From: Blastocystis sp. Blastoise
Lineage: Eukaryota > Protista > Bigyra: Opalinata
DNA length: 64,000 nt
Assembly (NCBI GenBank): GCA_039096225.1
Contig: JBBPEB010000006.1
Coordinates: forward strand, 434,001 to 498,000
Direction: 5' to 3'
Positions 44,222-61,000 of the stretch are shown one piece after another. The notes below the pieces were generated by a model. That model saw nothing but the letters and a program-made list of their open reading frames with translations, searched no databases and was not told the origin of the DNA. A program made the position numbers and the translations under genes. Positions within the stretch are counted from its first letter, which is position 1. Each line of letters opens with the position of its first letter.

Positions 44222-45719
44222 ATGGGGAATGCAAAAAGCAAGCCAAATATGAAGTTGATTACTGAAGAATCTGGTTTTTCAGAAGATGAAACGAAATCAA
44301 TACTTGAGATCTTGAAAGAAAAGAAGATTATCGAAGATATTAATGATAATATATCAGAAGAGAAGTTTAAAGTATTCCTCAATTATTTTTTTCTATGTTT
44401 ATATATTCTAATAACGTGTATAGGAATTATTTCCTATTGGTCAGAATAAATTTATGAAAACTATGTTTTCAAATATTGTTTCTGTGGATAATTATTATCT
44501 TAATGTCAAAGAACTTTTCCTTTTCTGTATATTATATATACATATGTATTACTAATTGTTTATTAATATAAAATTTAGTATCTTCTTCTTCACGAAGTTC
44601 TATGAAAAGACAATTTAAGATTTTATTGATGTTTATTTTGCCTGATTCGAATAATATGACATTTAATGATAATAATCTTAAGGAGTTCTTTTATTTACAA
44701 TATGTTTTTATGAATAGACTTTATGAAATGTATATATAAATTTTTAATAATTATACATTTGTATTTTGATTTGTTTCTATATTCCTTTATGAATTAGTAT
44801 TCTCTTTTATTATTATGTTTATACATAGACCCATGCCTCAGGATGAAACATATTCACGATTAATTCATTCTGTTCGAACAGATAAATTAACAAGTGAACT
44901 TATTACAAGAGATAGTATATATTATATATATTTATTATTATTATTTCATTGATTTCTTTTATTATTATTCGTGAAAATAAAGATTATTTTAAAACTACAT
45001 TTTTTATAGTTACTTTTAATGAACTTTATACTTGGATTTCTGATTATTTCCCACAATTATTTCATTCATTTGAGTTATATATTAAGAAAAGTTTCTTTAA
45101 TTCTGATATTTCACATCAATATTATTCTCCTAATATTTTTTCGAAAAGTGATATCTTATCAAATGGTATATATATAGTTTATGTGTATATAAATATATAT
45201 TTATATATATATATGTTTAGTTTATATATAAAAATATATATTTATATATATATATGTTTAGTTTTTATATAAAAATATATTTTTATATATAAATATAGAT
45301 GATATATATTTATTAAGTATGAAAGGATTAACATTTCAATGTGATTGGATGAAATTATATTCATCCAATGAAAATGGACTTTCTTTCCCTCAATTATATG
45401 AACATATTGAAGGATATGATGTATATATATATATATATTTACATAATCATTATTTACATAGGGGTCAACTTTATTATTAATAAAAACAGAAGATAATGAT
45501 ATATTTGGTATTTATTCTCCAGATATGTATCTATTTAAGAATTCATTTTATGGAAGTTCTTCTACATTCTTATTAACATTATACCCGAATATTCGTTTTT
45601 ATCATCCTTCTACTCTATCAGGAGCTCGTACTAATTTTATATATATATATATATAATTATTATTATTATCATTTTTCTTAACATTTATATATTATTGTTA
45701 TTTATATATTTTTTATTTA

Positions 45720-45752
<33 letters not shown>

Positions 45753-45830
45753 TTATTTGTAGATATATGAATATTAATGGTTATAATAATCCTCATGGAT
45801 TAGGATATGGAGGTGCAGTATATATATATA

Positions 45831-45880
<50 letters not shown>

Positions 45881-46236
45881 TTGGTTCATTTCGTATTTGG
45901 ATAAATGATAATATGGATGATTGTTATGTATATAGATAAAACATATTAATATATACTATATATATATAATTTATATTATATATTTAAAAGTATTAAAATA
46001 TTTAGTATTCATATTATATACTATAAATACTAATTTAAAAAATACTTATATATATATAGACAAGTTTAGGTGGTTTAACTTATGAACGTGGACCCTTACA
46101 AAGTGAAAAATTAAAAACAAAGTTTAATATACATACAATAGAAGTATGGGGATTTGGAGGGGAAGAAGCGATGAATCTATTAAAAACATTTAAATCTATA
46201 AAAGAAGGAGATCTTATGAAAAATAGACAGGTATAT

Positions 46237-46289
<53 letters not shown>

Positions 46290-46437
46290 AAATTTTTTTT
46301 AATTTTTTTCTGTTGTGTATATTTTATAATCTTTAATATAGACGGATAAATCAAAATTACTAGGTAGCGATTTTGATAAAGAAATGTTCTTGGGAAATAC
46401 ATTTAAACATGAACAAGAACAACAAAGTAGAGACTAA
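44222..46437 (+). CDS. N-myristoylated TLDc protein (MEAK7/TLDC1/Rtc5-like), multi-exon
   Basis: MGNAKSK; WMKLYSSNENGLSF..GSTLLLIKTEDNDIFG..FYGSSSTFL..HGLGYGG..FRIWIND..IEVWGFGG. Confidence 0.85.
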
Positions 46438-47030
46438 TTTGCTTTTTTTTCCAACCAAAATATCTATTATTTTTTTCTTAAATAATATATATGTGCTTTA
46501 CTATTGCTCTTATTTACAATGTCAATACTATATTCTAAGTCTACTGTCTTTTAAATTTATTTTTTTCACAAACCATTTGATGTTTTGTTATATGAACATA
46601 ATTCGAAATATAAAACAGCACGTAAAAAGTTACCTATATATATTTTTTATAAATTATTTCATAATTACACGATAATCTCAACCTACTTTGTAAGAAATCC
46701 ATTATTTAACAATAAATGATTTTCCACACTATGTATTACATCATATATAACAAGAATTCATTAAAAATAATTAACTCATTGAACTCTTCACAAACAAAAG
46801 TGTCTGTTAAAACACAAATAAATAAAGATTATATTTATGTCAATTAATCCTAGACATTTATATTATTGAAAAGAATTCATGGAGTCTTTTCATCTTCAAT
46901 TAACTATTATCCAATGAAACGTGATCTTTATGAAATTATCTCTTACTGACATTTTTTCAAAGTGTCATTTTGTTTCTCTTTTCTTTTTATAATTCTATTT
47001 TTTAAATTTACCTTACGTTGTTTTTATATC

Positions 47031-50802
<3,772 letters not shown>

Positions 50803-51515
50803 TATATATATGTTCTTTTTATTATATGATTTTTTTTTATTCTATATATATATTTCTTATACTCTGTATATATTTCCAATACTATTATTGTCAAGAATTT
50901 CTTGTTTTTAAATATATTCTGTAACAAATATTCTTATATCTATATTTCTTGTATTCAAAATGACTATTATTAAACTATAATTTTGTTTTGTTAATTTGGT
51001 TTCTATTCTTTTTATAAATATTAAAAAACTTATTTTTTTCTAAGACTGTTTATATATAAAGTATAAAAATGATTTTTTTTTTTTAATAATAACATATAAA
51101 AGAATAAACAATAAAAAAATATATCGTTTCTTTTTATATCAAAAAAAAATAGTCACAAAATACCCTTTTTTGAATCTTCAATTGAATCATTATTCATATT
51201 ATTAACAAACAAAAAATCATTAAAAGAGCTTTATCTGAATATATATAGATTGAGATTGAATGATGTTCAACGTGATGAGTGTTTTGAAAAAAACAACCAA
51301 TTAATTTGTGGATTTGTATTCCAAAAAGAATCTCCAAAAATCTCGTTTATAATCTCCTCTTTTTGTGTTGTTGTTCTTTTTAAAAAGTTTGTTTTGATAT
51401 TTATAATTGTGCGTTGTGCATTATTTGTAAATAATTTACTTAATTTCTTTGTTGAATTGAAAGAAATCAACATATTAAAGTAAGTTTTAGTAGTTAATTG
51501 TTTCTTATACAGTAG

Positions 51516-54500
51516 ATGAATCATATAATTGTTTTGTTATTGTTCATATTGACTCTATGTCAATCTCAATGTAGTGTAAAGAATGAAATGTTGAAAGAAG
51601 TATTGAAAATATATATTTTTTAAACATTTTCTTTATATAAAGGATTCTCGTGCTTATGAAAAGTCGAATAAAAGAGTTCCTGACGATGAAACAATCAATG
51701 TATATCTTATAGGTCATACTCACGATGATACAGGTTGGCTTCAAACAACTGATCAATATTATGTGAAAGTATTTTATAATTCTAATTCGTTATTTATATA
51801 TAAAATGACTCTATATAGCAAATTCATTATATATTAGATTCGGTAATGTCAGCTTTAACAGAGAATGAAGACCGAAAGTTTACGTATGTCTTTAAGAATT
51901 GTTTATTACGTTATAAAATGTTATTTAATAATGAATCGTGTTTATATTTAGTTATGTCGAACAAGATTATTTCCAGAAATGGTGGAATGAAATATCTGAA
52001 AAGAAGAAAGAACAAGTTCGTCAGTTAGTAAAAGAAGGAAGAGTAAATATTTTTATATATTTTTTTTATTTATATAGAGTTTTTTCTTTATATAAGATTT
52101 TTTTTATTTATATAAGATTTGTTTTTATTTATATAAGATTTGTTTTTATTTATATAATATTAATAAATAAATAAATAATTAAATAAATAAAATAAAATAA
52201 AATAAATAAAATAAAATAAAATAAATAAAATAAAATAAAATAAATATTATCTATATATAGTTAGAATTTAATTTAGGTGGTTGGTGTATGACTGATGAGG
52301 CAGGTGCTCATTATGAAGATATAATAAATGAAATGACATTAGGTCATAAATATATATATGATGAGTTTGGTATACGTCCTACAGTAGGTTGGCATATAGA
52401 TCCTTTTGGTCATTCTAGTCAAGTAGCTTCATTATATTCCCAAATGGGTTTTGATGGTTATAGTATATTTCGTATTCATTATGATGATGTAGAAAGAAGA
52501 AAAGAAAATAAAACATTAGAATTTATATGGAGAGGTTCAAAATCTTTAGATAATGAAAGTGATTTATTTACTCATTATTTAGAATCTGGATATCATGCTG
52601 CAGGAGAAGCAAATTTCTTTGGTGATAGTTGTGGTATGTGTTTTTTTAATAGTGATGATAATTCATGGTTTGCTTGGGATGATTCTTTACCTACTTATAA
52701 AACAAATCAAGAATATCATATGAAACGATTTGTAGATATGGTAAGAACAAGAACTGCTTGGTTTGATAATGGGAATAATTTATTATTACCTTGGGGTGCA
52801 GATTTTACATTTATAAATGCTTTTATTCCTTTTGATAATATGGATAAATTTATTGAATATGTGAATTCTCATGAAAATCAATATCATATACATATTCAAT
52901 ATGCTGTATTATCTGATTATATAAAGGCAGTACATGAATATCATAAGAAGTGGACAGTTAAAACTGACGATTTCTTCCCTTATGCACGTGGATCGAATAG
53001 TTATTGGACTGGTTATTATACATCAAGAGATCGTCTGAAAGGACTTGTTCGGTATATACTTTTATTTTTGTTATTTATTTATTTTTGTTATTTATTTATT
53101 TTTGCTTATTATTTATTTTTGTTTTTTGTTAATTTTATTTAAATATATTTACTAATAGTTTTCATCTTTTTATTCTAGTAATTTTTAATTATATAAATAA
53201 TAAAAATAATATAAATTTAATATATAAATATATAGTGAAAAGATGAATGAATTATCAAATGCTGAAATGTATTTAGCTCTTTCTAAAGCTGAAAAGAAAT
53301 CACTTAATTTTGCTGAATTATATTCAGATATAATGAAATTAAGAAAAGCTCAAGGAGAAGTACAACATCATGATGCTATTACTGGTATATTATTATTATT
53401 ATTATTTATTATTTATTTGTTTCTCATTATTTTTTATACTATATATTATTATTATTATTATATAGGTACTGAGAAACAAGCTGTAGCTAATGATTATAAT
53501 GTTCAATTAGTGAATGGTGCTTATTATGCAAATAAAGCTGCTTCTACAGTATTAGACATATATACTACATTAGAGAATATTAATAAGAATAGTACTGAAG
53601 TTTTCCCTTTATTAACTGAAGAGAATCGTATTGCTGTAGTATTATCGAATACTATTGCTTGGAATAGAACTGAAGTCATTCAATTAATTTCTCCTCGTAG
53701 TGATGTAGGTATATATGATAAAGAAGGAAAACCATTAGAAGTTCAAATTAATGAAATTCCTGAATTCTCTTATGATCGTCGTAATGGTACTTATTATGTA
53801 TATTTCCTTATAGAAATACCTGCTATGGGATATACTACCGTATATATAAAAGTTAATAAAGATTCTATTGTAACTAAACCTATTGAAGATACTTTTATTA
53901 GTAATAATAAGATGAAACTTACACTTAATAATGGTATATTATTATTTTAGTTATTTTTTTTATTTATTATTTTTTATATATTAATCATAATAATAATAAT
54001 TCTTCATATATTAATAATAATAATTCTTTATATAGGTTATATAGAAGATATAATATTATCCAATTCAACTCATTATCCTTTATATTCTTCTTTATATCAA
54101 TATAAATCGAATGTAGGTTATCCTGCTACAAGTGGTGCTTATGCATTTACACCTGGTTTTGAAGGATCTATTGGTGTATCGAATTCAGATAATAATATAG
54201 TTATGGGTGAAGGACGTATTGATTCTATTTTAGAAGGTGATCATATAGTACATCTTATTAGTATAGTAGGTGATCGTGATTGTGATGATATTATTGATAC
54301 AAATCTTAGAGGTTATGATAATAAACAAATTAAATATATAGTCCAACGATTTGATAAGAATGAAGGATGGGGTCAACATTTACAAATTAATACTGTTTCT
54401 ATTAATTTAGATAAATCTCCTTCTAATACTTTATATGGTTCTACTACTATTTCTTCTTCTAAAGAAGAATCACAAGAAATAGAAATTAATTTTTCAACAC

Positions 54501-55999
54501 CTTTTAAAAATAATAAAAAATTATATATGTTTACTACTGTTTCTTCTGAAGAACAACATCTTATATTATGTTCAGTAAAATCACTTAGTAATTCTAAAGC
54601 TATTCTATTAGTTCGTATATATGGTGCTTCTTCATGGAAAAAAGATGTTATTATTAATTATATAGTATTTGAAGAAGGAAGTCAACCTTTTGATTCTTAT
54701 AAAGATCAAATAATATATGGAGAAGGAGAAGGTATATTAGATACAAATAATTTCTTACGATTAAATATTCCTTGGACACAATCACTTCAATCACCACGTG
54801 TTTTTGTACAAGTATATAGTGATATATCAATTAGTATTATGAATCGTTATATACATACTAATGAAATATCCTTTAATATGAAGAGTATTGATGATAATCA
54901 AGGTAAATCTATAAAGATTATGTATTTTATTCTTCCTTCTGTTGATGGCGCTAGTCCTATTTTATCTTCTCAAGAAACTATAAATAATATTATTATTAAA
55001 GGACCATTAGTAGAAGAAATTCAACAAATATATAGAAAAGGATATTATAGTATATATAGATTATATAAACAAGGTATTCAAGAAAATATACTTGAAATAA
55101 ATACAGAAATGAATGGTATTGATGATGGTCGTGAAGTTGTTCTTCAATTGAATACAAATCTTAAGAATGAAAAAACTATATATTCTGATACTATTGGTAT
55201 GGAACAACAAAAACGTGTTTTTAATCCTTTATATTCTGAACCTATTCCTGCAAATATATATCCATGTGTATCTCGTGCATATATAGAAGATAAAAAAGAA
55301 AATATACGTTTAACTGTATTAGTCGATAGAGCTCATGGTGTATCTTCTCAAAAAGAAGGAAGAATGGAAATAATGATAAAAAGAAGAACTATTGGTGATG
55401 ATGGATATGGTGTTGGAGAACCACTTACTGAAAATGATCATGTTAAAGAAAAATTCTGGTTTATGTTTAATACTATTGAAATGTCTTCAATTTTATATAA
55501 ACAACTTGATTTATATTTATCTCATCCTCCTCTTCCTTATTATTCTATTGTTAATAATAATAATATTAATAATAATAATATAAATTTACAAGATCAATAT
55601 TCTTTTATTCAATCTGAATTACCTAAAAATATTCAATTATTAAATTTCCAATTAGCTGGATTATATGATAAGACTTATTTATTAAGATTCCATCATATAT
55701 ATGAAAAGAACGAATGTGAATTAGCTATTCCTGTAGAAATTGATTTATCTAAACTTTTCAAAGGTTTTGAAATCATTGATTATGAAGAAAAGATATTAAC
55801 GGGTATGTTTAATAAAGAACAAGTAGAACGAGAACGTTTACGTTGGGATACTGAAGATAATAATAATAATCATAATGATAATGATATTCATATACAAAAT
55901 AATAAAAGTCATCATAATCAATCTGTTCGTGGAAATAAAAATATGATTATTACTATTAAACCTATGGAATTCAAAACTTTTGCTGTTACTATTAATTAA
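51516..55999 (+). CDS. Lysosomal-type alpha-mannosidase (GH38) with inserted lectin-like repeats, multi-exon
   Basis: Signal peptide; GHTHDDTGWLQT, LEFNLGGWCMTDEA, GWHIDPFGHS, DFFPYA..YWTGYYTSR, QHHDAITGTEK, RRTIGDDGYGVGEPL, IKPMEFKTF. Confidence 0.95.
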
Positions 56000-56240
56000 T
56001 AACAGTATTGTTTAATAAATTGTTTTGTTAAAGTTTTTTTAACATATTAATAATATTAATTGAAAATGGAATACTTTGTTTTATGTAATAACAAAAAGAC
56101 TTTTTTTTTATAAATATTCAATTGAATAGAAGAGAAAATAATATTTAATCTAATGATAAATTTTTATGTATATCATATATATATATATAATAATAGAAAA
56201 TAGAATAAGCAAAGCATTTAAAAAAAAAATATATATATAT

Positions 56241-57915
56241 TTATATAGGTTTTTGTGAAGTATATGGATTCACAGGATATACATAATTATAATTAATAGG
56301 ATATTGATTAGGATATGTAGTATTTGTATTAGCAGTAATAAAGGAAGGATTCACATATGTATTTGAATCATTATTCATATTTATATTTGAAGGAATAACA
56401 GAATTAGTAGAATTAGGATTTATGTTAATGTTATTATAATTAGGATTTATATTAATGTTATTATTATTAGGATTTATATTCATATTATTATAATTAGGAT
56501 TTATATTCATATTATAATTAGGATTTATGTTAATGTTATTATAATTAGGATCTATATCCATATTATTATAATTAGGTACAACTATCTTAACTTCTTGAGA
56601 ATTTGTAGTTGTAGCAAGAGAATTATTATTATCTGAGATATTATTATTATTATTATTATTAACCAAATTATTATTATTATTATTGTGTTTCTTTTTCTTA
56701 ATAACTTTCTTGGTTTTCTTTACAATCTTTTTTTTAGGATGAGCTGTATATATATATATATATTAATAATATATAAAACATATCTATATAAATATATACT
56801 AGTTTCAGTAGAATCTTCTTCTTCTTCTTCTTCTGGACCATACTTGCAACGATAATATAATTTTACACAAATACATAATGCAATACATAAACATAAAGGA
56901 CCCAGAATAACGAGAACTGCTATACAAATAGTATTCCATCTATCTTGAATTTGTGTTTGTATATTTTTAGAACAAGAAGCCTTCTCAATGTGAATATTAC
57001 CTTTTCTTGCTAATATATGATTATTTCTAGATGGAATACTATCAAAAGTTACCTAGAATATAAATAATATAATTAGTATTAACTCTATATATATACTTTT
57101 ATATCAATAGAATCAGGATTCATTGTGTATTGAGAAGTATTTTCAATATCAAAACAACTATTATTATTATTATTATTATTATTATTTATATATATACGGA
57201 ATAGTATCAATACTATAATTATTATCTTGTTTATCTATATGAATACATATATTTTGAAGATATTGTTTCACTGAACATTTACTATCATTTAAAATTCCAC
57301 CCATTCTTATACATTCAAGACATCTATAATAATATATAGTATTATGATGATCACAAGAATAAAATAAAATAAAATTACTTATTATTAGAACAACCTAATG
57401 TAGAGATATCAATAGAAGAAATTATTGATTTCTTATAAATATATTCTTTATATATTTCTTTATTTTCAATAGAAAATATAATTTGATTTGTAGAAGAAGG
57501 TAATTTTGCTTCATAATAATCTATATTTTTTGATTCACAATTCTTTGAATAATTATTATCATTCTGTACACAATTTTCAATATAATTGACATATGAACCA
57601 TTTATAAATATATAAGGTATTAATAATTGTTTATTCACTTCAATTTTAGGATATTCTAAATATTGATATGTAGATTTAATTGAAGAGAAACTCTTATTAT
57701 AACTAAATAAAATAGTAATTAATCATTTAAAATATCGAAAAAAAATGATCAATAATAAATAGATACATTTCAGTTGAGTTATCAGGACAATTATTTAAGT
57801 AAACAATTTCAGATATATTATAACAAATGATAATAATTGAAATAATATCAATAAAAAACATTGCGCATACTAGCGTAGCACAATTACCTTCACAAGTGCC
57901 TCGAAGTCTTGCCAT
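56241..57915 (-). CDS. Hypothetical two-TM membrane protein with Cys-containing loop and Asn/Pro-rich tail
   Basis: N-terminal TM (ORF 57727-57915), spliced exons, second TM TICIAVLVILGPLCLCIALCICV, tail with (NPNYNNINI)n repeat at 56420-56570. Confidence 0.6.
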
Positions 57916-58016
57916 TCTAAATAAATATATTCTTAATAAACACTTAGACTTTTTAATTGAACAAAACTATTTTAGTATTTTTTTAATTTTATTATAAAGA
58001 TTTTTAGTATTTTATA

Positions 58017-61000
58017 ATGAAATGAAGACAGTTGTTATGTGGGGAGATTCTTCTTTTTTAAGGGGACATTTAGCTGAATTATTTATTTTCATGGGAATAA
58101 TCATTTTTTTGAGGAGATAAATCAGCCTATACAGTAGAATTGTTAAAAAGTCAGACAATACAGTAGGGTATGGGAGTATCCCAACGTCTCCGAGTATGAC
58201 TAGGTGTATAAAATAATTATGGGGATAACTTATATTTTATAATAACTGCTAGGGGTATTATATATATATATATGGATTGAATATTGAGTATGTATATATA
58301 TTATGCCTTATTATACATATGATGACATATATAGAGTAGATTTAGGTGAGGTTCGTGAAAGTAATTGGGGATTGCCAATTAGGTATGCTTATATAGATCT
58401 GATATTGTTAATATAGCCTTGTATAGTTATGTTGAAGTGGTTAGATGAATAAGCAAGTCATATTAGACTTTTATCATAATGGTCGACATTTGGCTGTCAA
58501 AAATAGTCTTTGGGTTATATTATTGATGTATATTATTATATAAGTATGTATTATATCTAAATAGTATATAGGAAATCATATTAAAGAAATATTGATGGAG
58601 AATTACAATTACAGAATGTGGAGTTATCTAGAGGTTTGTTTTGTCTTGTTCAATCCCATTATGGTATGAGTAGTATATAATAACATTATTATCAATATAT
58701 CTTCTCTAGTTGTATAGAAATGGCAGTTAATTGATGTTCAGGAGTTATTATTGTTTTTAATATTTAACACTATCGTTTAGTCCTAGATGATGTATAGTAC
58801 TATTATGTGAATTATTAGATGATTAACTGATATTATTGGAGAGTTATGGATGATTATATATTCAAAATAAAAATAATAAAAATTTTAGTAAAAAGGTATA
58901 TTATGATTCTTTTCTCATTTATTTATTCTTATTGTTGTTATATATGCTTATTATTTGATATATATATTATAGAATTATTATTTTAACATATTTTCCTAGT
59001 CGATTATTGTTATTAATACTACATATAATATTTATATATGCTTTATTATGTATATTGTTATTCTATATATTATTATTTTATTATATTGTTAATTACTATT
59101 ATATATAGAAAAAGTGTATTAATGATCGAATGAATTCATTTATATGTTTATTTGAAGTATGTATTATATTTATATATATTGTATATTTATATATATTGTA
59201 TATTTATATATATTGTGTATTTAGATATATGTGTATATATTATATATATATATGTATACTTATATATTTATTGTATATATATAGAATGATGAATTTTTGT
59301 TATTTCTTTCTATCAGGGGAAAATAATTGTATATATATATAATATTATATATGTTCTTTTATGTATATTGATCCTATAATGATTGTATATGCTATATATT
59401 AATATTATTCTATGTACTAATTCTTGTTTTAAATAAATATGCATGATATATTATATTATTATATAGATATTATATATTTTCTATTATACTTTCTATTTCT
59501 GTATACAATTTATACTAAATGATTACTATTTATATATGAATATTTTTAGTATATTTATTATCATTTATATATATAGTAATGTCATATTCTAGAATTATTG
59601 AGACTGTGTATCTTTCAACTTTATATTGATGTATATAGTCTATATATATATATATATATATTCCTATATACTTTTTATGATGTTGTATATAATTTTTATT
59701 ACATAATATATATACTAGTCTTGTTGTATATAGTATGTGTTAGTTCTATTGCTATTATTAATAAATGTATCTTCTAGCTTGTTCATTCATAATATTATAT
59801 TATGTATGTATATTATTCTATCTATTTATCTTGTTTATATTCAATTTTTTATACTTTTCTTATAGTATATATATAACTCTATAACTTGTATTTATTTAAT
59901 AATCGATATATATATATATAGACTTTTTATTACAAATAGTCAAATATACTCATATTTCAGGATATACTTTATTACCTGTTGGATTCATAAAATTATTTTG
60001 CTTTTCTTGATGTAAATATGTTCAACTTGTATATATTTATTATCATTATTTACTATATATATATATGTATGCATATTTTTATGTTTTATATATACTATAT
60101 TTATTTTTTATAGGTATATTATTTATGGTGTTATTATTATTTTTGTTGGGTATCTTAAAAGTATGTAGTATCGTATATAATTTGTATTTATACTATAGAC
60201 TTGTTATGTACATAGCTTTTATGTAAATATATATGTTGATATATATATATATTTAATATATATAGTTATTATTACATATGTTTTGTATATTCGTTGTATA
60301 ATTATATATTTATTATTATATATAGTTGTTATTATATAAAGTTGTTATTATATATTTATATATATAGTTATTATTATATATAACTGTTATTATATATAGT
60401 TGTTATTATATATTCATTATATATAGTTGTTATTAGATTTATTATGTATAACTGTTATTATATATTTATATATATAGTTGTTATTATATATAGCTGTTAT
60501 TATATATAGTTGTTATTATATATTTATTATATATAGTTGTTATATATATATTTTTATGTATATTTATTATTATATATAGTTGTTATTATATATAGCTGTT
60601 ATTATATATAGTTGTTATATAGCTATTATTATATATTAATATATGTATTTGTTATATATTTATTATATATAGTTGTTATATATTAATATATGTATTTATT
60701 ATATATAGTTGTTATATAGTTATTATTATATATATTTTATATAGTTATTATTATATATATTTTATATAGTTATTATTATATATAGTTGTTATATAGTTAT
60801 TATTATATATAGTTGTTATATAGTTATTATTATATATATTTTATATAGTTATTATTATATATATTATTATATAGTTATTATTATATATATTATTATATAG
60901 ATATTATTAGCTTTTCTTCGTTTACATTCCTCTATATATAGTTTTTTACAAATATGTCTATATATTTGCCATGTATATAAATATTATTTATATTGTTTAT

